NCBI GenBank assembly: GCA_963676795.2
Contig: CAXXTB010000002.1
Location: 1,280,001 to 1,344,000 of the forward strand
Length of the DNA: 64,000 bases
Source of the DNA: Geopsychrobacteraceae bacterium
GTDB lineage: Bacteria > Desulfobacterota > Desulfuromonadia > Desulfuromonadales > Geopsychrobacteraceae
Direction of reading: 5' to 3'
Shown: piece after piece, positions 45,502-53,813 of the stretch
How the letters are laid out: the number at the start of each line of letters is the position of its first letter
Numbering within the stretch: position 1 is the stretch's first letter
Notes under the pieces: model-generated
Database searches by the model: none
What the model saw: the letters and a program-made list of their open reading frames with translations, nothing else
Told to the model about the DNA's origin: nothing
Program-made: the position numbers and the translations under genes

Positions 45502-45525
45502 AGGGAGCCGTTGGCTCCCTTTTTT
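45502..45525 (+). terminator. Intrinsic terminator
   Basis: AGGGAGCC-GTT-GGCTCCCT followed by a T run. Confidence 0.75.
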
Positions 45526-45560
45526 ATTGTCTTCTGGCTGAATCTGACTATGATGTGGGC

Positions 45561-46295
45561 ATGAAAGAACGTCTTGATAAATTGCTGGTTGATCTCGGCT
45601 TTGCTCAGTCCCGCGAGCGGGCCAGGGCCTTGATTCTTGCAGGAAATGTAGTTGTTGATGATCATCGTGTCGATAAGGCGGGAACCCAGGTTGCTGTTGA
45701 CTCGGACATCAGGGTCAAGGGGCAGGATATTCCCTATGTTTCCCGTGGCGGACTGAAGCTCGAGAAAGCCCTGCAGGCATTCAAGCCTGAGATGACGGGG
45801 ATTGTGGCGATTGATGTCGGAGCTTCGACGGGCGGTTTTACTGACTGTCTGCTGCAGAACGGGGTGTCCCGGGTCTATGCTGTCGATGTCGGTTATGGTC
45901 AGTTGGCCTGGAAGTTACGGGAAGACCCTCGTGTTGTCAATATGGAGCGCTGCAATATTAAGGATCTGACAGTTGGTGAGCTTGATGAAATACCCTCTCT
46001 GGCGGTCATCGATGCATCGTTTATCTCTCTGGCCAAGGTTCTTCCGGCGACGCTCAGTCTGCTGACTGATGACGGTGGTGTTATCGCCCTGATCAAGCCG
46101 CAATTCGAAGTCGGTCGGGATCTGGTCGGCAAGGGGGGGATAGTCAAGGATCGCAAGTTGCAGGATCAGGTTGTCGAGAATATCTGTGCCCTTGCTGTGG
46201 AGCTGAACTGCTCAGTAGGTGGGGTGATCGAAAGCCCGATTCTCGGTGCCAAAGGGAATCGCGAATTTCTTATCCATCTGAAGAAAGTCCAGTAA
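45561..46295 (+). CDS. tlyA: TlyA family rRNA methyltransferase
   Basis: KERLDKLL S4 domain, YVSRGGLKL, DVGASTGGFTD, LIKPQFE, GNREFL. Confidence 0.93.
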   Translation: MKERLDKLLVDLGFAQSRERARALILAGNVVVDDHRVDKAGTQVAVDSDIRVKGQDIPYVSRGGLKLEKALQAFKPEMTGIVAIDVGASTGGFTDCLLQNGVSRVYAVDVGYGQLAWKLREDPRVVNMERCNIKDLTVGELDEIPSLAVIDASFISLAKVLPATLSLLTDDGGVIALIKPQFEVGRDLVGKGGIVKDRKLQDQVVENICALAVELNCSVGGVIESPILGAKGNREFLIHLKKVQ

Positions 46296-46400
46296 TTGTC
46301 CAGCCGTTCACCGATTCAGGGCACAAGATTGGGTTAGAAATTCTCACCGGACTCTGCTAGTATCTGCTGACGTCATTGGACGGAGAGAAAAGTCATATTG

Positions 46401-46462
46401 CGGGGTGCTGAAAGACGTTTTTGTTGGAGTGTTTGTGAAGATGAAAGTCTTTCACCAGCCTG
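46401..46462. repeat. Short inverted-repeat element (MITE-like, internally collapsed)
   Basis: Ends CGGGGTGCTGAAAGAC and (reverse complement) CAGGCTGGTGAAAGAC, 13/16 identical; resemble the ends of 48262-48402. Confidence 0.5.
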
Positions 46463-46476
46463 ATAAGGAGTCATTT

Positions 46477-46824
46477 ATGGCGACAGAATGTTTGTTTTGC
46501 AAAATTATCGCTGGAGATCTGCCGGCCGATAAAGTCTACGAGGATGATAAGGTCATTGCCTTTGCGGATATCGCTCCCCAGGCACCGCATCATTACCTGA
46601 TTGTTCCGTTGAGGCACATCGGGACAACCCTCGACCTGACCCCCTCAGAGAACGAACTTATCGGACATATTTACCAGGTTGCTGCTCATATTGCTGAAGA
46701 CAGAGGGTTTGCCGAGGACGGCTTTCGTATTGTCAATAACTGCAATGAAGGAGCAGGGCAGACAGTCTGGCATCTTCATTTTCACCTCCTAGGTGGACGA
46801 CAGCTCAACTGGCCTCCTGGGTAG
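46477..46824 (+). CDS. Histidine triad nucleotide-binding protein (HinT-like)
   Basis: CLFCKI, DIAPQAP.H, GQTVWHLHFHLLGGR. Confidence 0.94.
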   Translation: MATECLFCKIIAGDLPADKVYEDDKVIAFADIAPQAPHHYLIVPLRHIGTTLDLTPSENELIGHIYQVAAHIAEDRGFAEDGFRIVNNCNEGAGQTVWHLHFHLLGGRQLNWPPG

Positions 46825-46831
46825 ATTGTCA

Positions 46832-48262
46832 ATGCTGCCGTACGATAGTAAAATTGAGCAGCGATTGATGACTGACATCATGGAGCTGCTCGTAACCCAT
46901 TATGGTGCAGAGCTGTCGGAAGACGAGCTGGACAATGAGATTACCCGCGTTGGGCAGGCACTGGAAGATGCCCGCACCTCACACAAGGGGCAGTGCCGCA
47001 AGTCCGGGGAACCCTATATATTTCATCCGTTGCGTGTAACTCATCTCGCCGCCAGACACTGGATGGATTTCCCCTCAGTGATGGCGGCATTGCTGCATGA
47101 TGTTGTCGAAGACACCCCTGTGACTCTTGAGGATGTCAGGCTCAAATACGGTGACGAGGTGGCTCATCTTGTCGATGGTCTGACAAAGGTCACTGACGAC
47201 CTGATGAGCCGGGAAGACCTCAAGAAAGAGACCTACCGCAAGACTCTGCTTGTCGCTATCGATGACATTCGCGTGCTCTGTCTCAAGTTCTGGGACCGGA
47301 TTGACAATCTGCTGACGATTGATGCCCTGCCATCCCACAAACAGAAACTGATCGCCGAAGAGACCATCATGGTCTACGTGCCACTGGCTCAGCATCTCGG
47401 TATGGGGTACGTCGCGACAGAGCTTGAGTCCTTGTCCTATGCGCTGCTCTATCCCCGCCGTGCCAAGAGATATAATGCTGCTATTGAGGCCCTGCAGGGG
47501 AAAACCAGCGATTTTCTGCGCAAAATCAAAGGTGCGATTCACACGAGTTGCGAAAAGCAGAAACTGTCTGTACAGCTGAAAGACCGCTGGCGTCCTTTTT
47601 CCGTCGCCGCAGCACGGACCATGCAAAGAGGCTTTCCGTCCCTCTACACGCTGGAGGTTCAGGTAGACCGGATGATGGACGCCTATACCTTCCTGGGTAT
47701 TCTGCATGGCCTCTATCCGCCAATCCCGGGTAAGCTGAGAGATCATCTCAACTATACCTCTCCCCATGGCTATCAGGCTCTGAAGACGTCGGTTCAGGCC
47801 GGTGAGCAACGGGTCAGGATTGAGATAACGACGCGCAAGCTGGCTCGTTTCAACGAATCCGGGGTGCTGGCTCCCGGTTTTCAGTTCCGCCATGAAAATT
47901 TCAAAGAGCTGATGAAGTCGCTCATGGACGGCGAATCGGCGTTCGATACCGAATCACTCAAGCTGGCCTCCGCGTCGATTCAGGTTTACACCCCACAGGG
48001 GGATATCAGGACATTGCCGGAAGGGAGCAGTGTCCTCGATTTTGCCTTTGAAATTCACGATTCCCTCGGCCTGCACGCGCGTCGCGGGGTTATTAACGGC
48101 AATACCCGCCAGTTGAAAACCCGCCTGCTGGATGGCGATCAGGTTCTGGTTGAAACATCAACAGTGCCAGAAGCCCTGCCGAAGTGGCTGGAGTGGGCGA
48201 TCACTCCCAAAGCACGCAACAGTATCCGGCGTTATCTGAGAAATAAAGTCAAATCAGTTTGA
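46832..48262 (+). CDS. Truncated RelA/SpoT homolog: intact HD hydrolase, degenerate synthetase, TGS
   Basis: HKGQ.RKSGEPY..HP, LLHDVVED, D...N; synthetase motifs altered; TGS FAFEIH; no ZFD/ACT. Confidence 0.85.
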   Translation: MLPYDSKIEQRLMTDIMELLVTHYGAELSEDELDNEITRVGQALEDARTSHKGQCRKSGEPYIFHPLRVTHLAARHWMDFPSVMAALLHDVVEDTPVTLEDVRLKYGDEVAHLVDGLTKVTDDLMSREDLKKETYRKTLLVAIDDIRVLCLKFWDRIDNLLTIDALPSHKQKLIAEETIMVYVPLAQHLGMGYVATELESLSYALLYPRRAKRYNAAIEALQGKTSDFLRKIKGAIHTSCEKQKLSVQLKDRWRPFSVAAARTMQRGFPSLYTLEVQVDRMMDAYTFLGILHGLYPPIPGKLRDHLNYTSPHGYQALKTSVQAGEQRVRIEITTRKLARFNESGVLAPGFQFRHENFKELMKSLMDGESAFDTESLKLASASIQVYTPQGDIRTLPEGSSVLDFAFEIHDSLGLHARRGVINGNTRQLKTRLLDGDQVLVETSTVPEALPKWLEWAITPKARNSIRRYLRNKVKSV

Positions 48263-48402
48263 CAGGGTGTTGAGAAACGTTTTCGAGGCGGCAAGTGCAA
48301 GGCGAAATTTGCCGAGAAAGCGCAGTTTATACCAGTAAATGAGAATTTTGAGGCAATTCTCAACGCCGCAATTGCAACGCAGATAGTTTTTTAACAGCCT
48401 GT
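48262..48402. mobile_element. MITE-like palindromic element
   Basis: Ends ACAGGGTGTTGAGAAAC and (reverse complement) ACAGGCTGTTAAAAAAC, 14/17 identical; interior extensively self-complementary; non-coding. Confidence 0.6.
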
Positions 48403-48414
48403 GAGTTATCGGTC

Positions 48415-49470
48415 ATGACATCAAAAATTATAATCCTTCTCTGTTTGCTGGCGGTGCAATTCTGCGGAGTTGTTTCAGCCGGTCAGGTCAATGTTTTCAT
48501 TTATCATCGTTTTGATGAAACGCGTTATCCGTCAACCAACATCTCTACGGATACCTTTCGTGAGCAACTGGAATATCTGAAGCAGAACAATATCGAGGTT
48601 CTCCCGCTCAGTGAGGTTGTCAGGCGTTTGCGGAGTGGAGACTCTCTGCCTGACAGTGCGGCTGCACTGACTATCGATGACGCGTTTAGTTCATTTTATA
48701 CCTCCGGTATGCCCTTGCTGCGTGAGTATGGCTATCCAGCGACTCTGTTTATCAATAGCGATGCCGTTTCAACCTCCGGATACATGAACTGGGATCAGAT
48801 CCGTGAGGTCGTGGCTGACGGGATCGAGATCGGTCATCACACGGCGTCGCACCCTTACCTGGTCGAAAAGAAAGAGGGCGAGTCTGACCTGCAGTGGCAG
48901 CAGAGGATGCAGGGCGAACTGTCGCGCGCGTCTGAGCAGTTCAAGACGGAGTTGGGTCTGTCTCCCGAACTTTTTGCCTATACCTTTGGTGAGTATTCCG
49001 CTGAGGTTATGGCGCTGGTCAAGGATTCCGGATTTTCAGCAGCATTTGCCCAGCAATCAGGTGTTATCCATGACGAGTCTGAGCTTTTCGCGCTGCCGCG
49101 CTTTCCGATGGGCGGCCCCTTTGCGACCCTTGCCGGGTTTGTTCAGAAGTTGAAGATGCAGGCTTTGAAGGTTCAGGAGGTTGAGCCTGCTGATCCTGTC
49201 GTCGGCCAGAATCCTCCCGTTCTGACGCTCAAGTTGCAGGATCCTGCTCTGGCCAGGAACGCGATCAATTGCTTTGTCCAGGGCGACAATAGCTGTCGTG
49301 TGAACAGGGTTGCCGGTCAGGACGGCTGGATAGAAATAACCGCCGAAAAGCCGCTCAGCGGGCGGCGCAACAAATATACCTTGACCGTTCAGACTCAGGA
49401 CGGTTCATGGGCCTGGTACAGTCATTTGTGGATCAATGCCAGCAATCCGGCCCGTTTTGCGGAAAATTAG
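48415..49470 (+). CDS. Secreted polysaccharide deacetylase (NodB/PgaB-like)
   Basis: Signal peptide; YHRF, LTIDDA, HHTASH, FAYTFGE, LPRF. Confidence 0.88.
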   Translation: MTSKIIILLCLLAVQFCGVVSAGQVNVFIYHRFDETRYPSTNISTDTFREQLEYLKQNNIEVLPLSEVVRRLRSGDSLPDSAAALTIDDAFSSFYTSGMPLLREYGYPATLFINSDAVSTSGYMNWDQIREVVADGIEIGHHTASHPYLVEKKEGESDLQWQQRMQGELSRASEQFKTELGLSPELFAYTFGEYSAEVMALVKDSGFSAAFAQQSGVIHDESELFALPRFPMGGPFATLAGFVQKLKMQALKVQEVEPADPVVGQNPPVLTLKLQDPALARNAINCFVQGDNSCRVNRVAGQDGWIEITAEKPLSGRRNKYTLTVQTQDGSWAWYSHLWINASNPARFAEN

Positions 49471-49682
49471 TTGCTGATGTTTCTTGTTCTTTGTCACTGA
49501 ATGACATCTTCTGGTGTGGCTGGACCGTGTTACGTTTGTTGGTGTTGTCAGAATTGTAGTTACTGGCTAAGTCCTGTTGCAAATGCCTTGTGCCTGGAAA
49601 TTATTTGACGAGATGTGCTTATTTCTTTGACGTGTGAGCTGATCGTGGGTGACTATTTCCACTAAAACTTTGCCTGTCGGAA

Positions 49683-50588
49683 TCAGCTGCTGGTCCTTAG
49701 CTTGACATCAGAAAATCTGCTCAGGCGGTTTTTGCGGATCATGGCCTGAAGTTCTCTGACGTAGTCTTCGCCACGAATCGAATAGAGGGTCAATCCTTCG
49801 GCAAGTTTCAGGCCGTCCAGGTTGTCGCCGGATTGTCTGATTTCAAATCTGATCTGGCGCAATTTTGTATAGGCTTTGTGGGTGTTCAGATTGTGCAGGT
49901 ATGAGCGAACGGAATCGTAGACTGTTGCAAACTTCTCAACTTCGTAGGTTGCTCCGGCAGGACGATCCTGTGGGACGATTCCTGCGCCTTTCTTGAAGGT
50001 CCATTCGCCAAAGATATTATTGGCGACCTGGGTAAAGCGGGAGGTTCCCCAGCCCGATTCATTGGCTGCCTGGGCCAGGGCCAGATCTGCAGGAATAATA
50101 TCCACTCTTTTGAGCAGCTTCTGCAGAACGATCTCTTCCTGCTCCGGTCTGTATTCGACCTTGTAATGGCTGGCGATTCTGGTCAGCGCTCTCTTCTGAG
50201 GCTTGGTCAGCCTGCCGGTGGTTTTGAGTTCTTTCTGAATCTTCAGCAGCTTGTTGCGTTCGACACGTATTTCATCATTTGCCAGCAGAATCATCGGCAG
50301 AAGAGCCTTGAAGAAAACCCTTTTGCGTTCGCTGGTGCTGCTGATATTTGCCAGGTCTTCCGGAAGATTTGCCAGGATAATTGGCGGAACACCATTCTCA
50401 AGCGCATCGAGCTGATAGCTGTAGCGCCGGTACTCAAATTCGAGGTCCTGGTAGAAGGATTCACCGATGATCTGAATGTCCGGACCTTCGTATATGGGGG
50501 CATTGCTGGTGCTGAAACTTGTCAGGGTCAGCCCCAGTATCGTAATGGCAATGATTGCTATGTTGTAGATTTTACTATTATTTTTCAT
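49683..50588 (-). CDS. Bax-like glucosaminidase (GH73) domain protein
   Basis: N-terminal TM/signal; RKRVF, AQAANESGWGTSRF, NNIFG, NLNTH.AY. Confidence 0.85.
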   Translation of the reverse strand: MKNNSKIYNIAIIAITILGLTLTSFSTSNAPIYEGPDIQIIGESFYQDLEFEYRRYSYQLDALENGVPPIILANLPEDLANISSTSERKRVFFKALLPMILLANDEIRVERNKLLKIQKELKTTGRLTKPQKRALTRIASHYKVEYRPEQEEIVLQKLLKRVDIIPADLALAQAANESGWGTSRFTQVANNIFGEWTFKKGAGIVPQDRPAGATYEVEKFATVYDSVRSYLHNLNTHKAYTKLRQIRFEIRQSGDNLDGLKLAEGLTLYSIRGEDYVRELQAMIRKNRLSRFSDVKLRTSS

Positions 50589-50753
50589 GGTTCATATGCT
50601 TTTTTATTCTTTCAATGTTCTAAAACGACTTGTCCTTATATATTAATCGCATTGTTGTGTCAATACAAGATAACCCCTTGATTTTTCGCTATATGTTCAT
50701 TTTGACTCGATAAATACGCGGAAATTATTCCCATACTCTGAGGAGGAATTAAC

Positions 50754-51173
50754 ATGAAAACTTATCGTGAGGAACTCTGGTTTGATATCCCGACACGCAG
50801 GGCATACATCAATATCACACCTGAGGTGGTCAGGTGTCTGAAGGCGAGTAGCATCAAAGAAGGGTTGTTGCTCTGTAATGCCATGCACATCACCGCATCC
50901 GTTTTTATCAATGATGACGAATCCGGCCTGCATCAGGATTTTGATCGTTGGCTGGAGGAACTGGCGCCTCATGAGCCTTTAACCCAGTATAGGCATAACA
51001 ATACCGGAGAAGATAACGGCGATGCTCATCTTAAGCGCAGTGTCATGGGCAGGGAAGTCGTGGTTGCAGTGACAGACGGTCAGCTCGATTTTGGGCCATG
51101 GGAACAGATTTTTTACGGGGAGTTTGACGGCAGGAGGCGGAAGAGGGTGTTGGTCAAGATTGTCGGAGAATGA
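50754..51173 (+). CDS. yjbQ: YjbQ (UPF0047) family protein
   Basis: [25 protein letters not shown]. Confidence 0.9.
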   Translation: MKTYREELWFDIPTRRAYINITPEVVRCLKASSIKEGLLLCNAMHITASVFINDDESGLHQDFDRWLEELAPHEPLTQYRHNNTGEDNGDAHLKRSVMGREVVVAVTDGQLDFGPWEQIFYGEFDGRRRKRVLVKIVGE

Positions 51174-51203
51174 GCCTGGCTGGCTGAGTTTTCAGTATCG
51201 GCT

Positions 51204-51232
51204 GAGAGCTGAGGGGAAGCCCCTCAGCTCTC
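51204..51232. terminator. Hairpin between convergent genes
   Basis: GAGAGCTGAGGGG-AAG-CCCCTCAGCTCTC. Confidence 0.65.
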
Positions 51233-51264
51233 TATGTTTTTAGAGGTATTTTTCCGGATAATGG

Positions 51265-52707
51265 TCAGAAGAAATTAATGACCGTATTGATCTGCGCCTG
51301 GGTCATACCATCGCGATACTGGTCGTCGTTCCAGAAATTGTCAACGATATCCAGTGCCGCTGCGTCGATAACGTCCGCCGTTGCTGTCGCATCGAGTGCT
51401 GTATCGTTGGTGTCGACGCCGTTCATGACGATGAAGTTGACAATCGTGACCGTATCCCCCGGATCGACAATGATGTCATATTCATGAGTGATGTCACCGC
51501 TGCCGTCGGCAGTGTCGAGAGCGCTGGCGCTTGTATAGGTCAAGTTGGCAGGGGCAACGTCCCCGAAGACCAGGGCGAAGTCTCGATCATTGCTGAACCC
51601 TGTCGGGTCAAGACCGGCATCAGCCGTTCCATCCCAGCCAGTTAAGGCCATACCGGCAGTACCAGGTGTTTCGTAGAGGATTCCATAGCCTTCGGAACCT
51701 AGCGTTGTCGCATAGGTTACGGTTTCGGTGATTTGAGCGCCAGTGTTGTTGGTGAAGGTATCGACCCAGCGGCCCCAGAGTTTATCGGGGGCGGTATAAA
51801 ATGAGCGGATTACCGTCAGGCCGGCAATGAGCTCTGTGGAGCTGGTGAAGTTCTGATACTCTGCCGGTTCGTTAACTGTCCAGCCAGTGAGGTCGCCTGT
51901 TTCAAAGTCACCGTTGGTGATATAGGGAGTTGCCGCACCATCTGTGATTGTGATTGCATCAATCAGGTTCGGGCCGGTCCCGCTGCTTCTGATCTCGAAT
52001 GAAAGGATTATCGTTTGATTGATGTAGGCATCCAGATTGATCGGCCCATAGGATGCGGATTCGCTGCTACTCACTGAGGCCAATGTCTCCAGAAGAGATC
52101 CGTCAGTTGCACTGCGAATCACTGCTCGCAGATAAGTCCCTGGCATTGCGAAAGCTCCGGAAGAAACATTCGCCTCCCACGACCAGCTCAGGGTGACGGG
52201 AGAGACTGCCCCCGCTAAGTCGACGCTTTGTGAGACCCGTCCGTCATAGACGTCGTTGAGGTAAGCCGAATTTAGCCCTTCAATCGCCGGATAATCTCCA
52301 TTATTGTTGATGTTTCCTGTGACGCCATCAACCACGGCAGCGACTTTGACGCCATCTGTAGAGTCGAATGCTGGCGCACTGAAGTTAAGATCACTGTAGG
52401 TCTGACTTGGAAATGAACTGCCGATTGACAGCACCAGGGCACCGTCAAACTGATCATCACCACCGTCGCTCAAGGAAAAGTCATCACTGATGTCCCAGAT
52501 GTTCGGCTGTCCGGGGAAATATTCAGAGGTATCGGTATCCTGCATTGTAACGGTTTGTCGAAAGATCGTGATCCCATGATTGCTGCTCGTGTTGCTGCTG
52601 TTGGTGATCGAACCGCCTCCGCCGCCTCCGCCACCACAGCTACTGATGATAACCAGGCCAAAGAGCGCAATAGAAGCGGGCATCAAGCGAAGGGACATTT
52701 GCCACAT
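51265..52707 (-). CDS. Acidic Thr/Asp-rich lipoprotein of unknown function
   Basis: GAGGAGGT RBS then ATG 52707; lipobox IISSC followed by Gly8; NGDFETGDLTGW motif. Confidence 0.75.
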   Translation of the reverse strand: MWQMSLRLMPASIALFGLVIISSCGGGGGGGGSITNSSNTSSNHGITIFRQTVTMQDTDTSEYFPGQPNIWDISDDFSLSDGGDDQFDGALVLSIGSSFPSQTYSDLNFSAPAFDSTDGVKVAAVVDGVTGNINNNGDYPAIEGLNSAYLNDVYDGRVSQSVDLAGAVSPVTLSWSWEANVSSGAFAMPGTYLRAVIRSATDGSLLETLASVSSSESASYGPINLDAYINQTIILSFEIRSSGTGPNLIDAITITDGAATPYITNGDFETGDLTGWTVNEPAEYQNFTSSTELIAGLTVIRSFYTAPDKLWGRWVDTFTNNTGAQITETVTYATTLGSEGYGILYETPGTAGMALTGWDGTADAGLDPTGFSNDRDFALVFGDVAPANLTYTSASALDTADGSGDITHEYDIIVDPGDTVTIVNFIVMNGVDTNDTALDATATADVIDAAALDIVDNFWNDDQYRDGMTQAQINTVINFF

Positions 52708-52964
52708 GGGGCACCTCCTCAGGTAGAAACGGTCGCTGGTGTGCATTTTCAGCATTTTTTATTTCCAGAGAGGTCGTCAGTAAACTGTAATCAAGTGTAA
52801 TTTGAAAAGATTGATTGTCAATTTTGGAAGGTTGAATGGCACGTGAACGTATCTCGATTGTTCCGGTCAATATATTTCAGGTGCATGTCTTGTCTGTAGC
52901 TTGGTATTTTGATGAAACGCAAATGGGGGAGTTGAGGAAAATCAGGATGTTATCGGTTGAGTTC

Positions 52965-53066
52965 TGTCGGGATTTTTAACATGAGCTGGGTGTTACGATT
53001 TGGTAATAACGATAAATCTATAACATGTTGAAAAGATTGATGGCATTTTATTGGAGCGGTTTATGC
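52965..53066 (+). promoter_or_regulatory. sigma54 promoter with TGT-N11-ACA enhancer and IHF-like site (PEP-CTERM-type)
   Basis: TGTCGGGATTTTTAACA 52965-52981; TAACATGTTGAAA 53021-53033; TGGAGCGGTTTATGC (GG-N10-GC) 53052-53066. Confidence 0.65.
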
Positions 53067-53120
53067 ATAGGTAGTTATTAAAATGAAAATGCTTGAAAGC
53101 CCTGGTGAAAGGAGTCTGAC

Positions 53121-53654
53121 ATGAAAAAGATACTATTGACACTTCTTGTTGCTGTATTCATGGGAGGTACAGCATGGTCTTATACCATTACAACTGCAGG
53201 AGATTACTACGGAACTGATGTCGGAGGGGTTGATATTTTTCTCGATAGCACAGGAACATTAGGCAGCAGCGATCCTGTGACTGAAACGGAATGGGTTAAT
53301 CTGGTTCTGACATCCTATGGTGTCTCGACTTCGTACATCGGCAAGATGGAGGAAGACATCCCTTATTTTGCGACTGATGGAGAGGGGATTTTTGCCATCA
53401 AGCTGGATGTGGTTTCAGATTATTTTCTATTGAAAAAGAGCACTTACTGGGCCGCATTCGAAAACCTTCCATCATTGGAGTGGGCAGTATTTTCTGTGGG
53501 AGATCTTCCTGAGGATATGAATATTTCAGGTGACGATATGACTGTCAGTCATGTGACGGAATTCGGAGCTGCTCCGGTTCCTGAGCCAGCCACCCTGCTT
53601 TTACTCGGTGCAGGGCTTGTGGGTTTAGCGGTTTACAGAAGAAAAAGACACTGA
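53121..53654 (+). CDS. PEP-CTERM sorting domain protein
   Basis: Signal peptide; C-terminal VPEPATLLLLGAGLVGLAVYRRKRH. Confidence 0.93.
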   Translation: MKKILLTLLVAVFMGGTAWSYTITTAGDYYGTDVGGVDIFLDSTGTLGSSDPVTETEWVNLVLTSYGVSTSYIGKMEEDIPYFATDGEGIFAIKLDVVSDYFLLKKSTYWAAFENLPSLEWAVFSVGDLPEDMNISGDDMTVSHVTEFGAAPVPEPATLLLLGAGLVGLAVYRRKRH

Positions 53655-53669
53655 CAATTAAAATATAAG

Positions 53670-53697
53670 AAGCCTCGGCGAAATGTCGAGGCTTTTT
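53670..53697 (+). terminator. Intrinsic terminator
   Basis: AAGCCTCGGC-GAAAT-GTCGAGGCTTTTT. Confidence 0.75.
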
Positions 53698-53723
53698 GTC
53701 GAAGATTTTTACACAGGGCCTTC

Positions 53724-53752
53724 TTGACAAAGGGAGGTCCTGTTTTTATTTT
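53724..53752 (+). promoter_or_regulatory. sigma70-type promoter of htpG
   Basis: TTGACA-N17-TATTTT. Confidence 0.45.
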
Positions 53753-53813
53753 TATTTATATGTTGCAGTTGCAACCTTATTTAGCGAGCGAATTTTCAAG
53801 GAGGAGTTTGAAC

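Noticed and set aside
52752..52767. Possible sigma54 promoter for the lipoprotein gene (TGGAAATAAAAAATGC on - strand)
   Set aside because: GG-to-GC spacing is 11 rather than the required 10
53714..53813. CIRCE/HrcA operator upstream of htpG
   Set aside because: TTAGC occurs but there is no TTAGCACTC-N9-GAGTGCTAA
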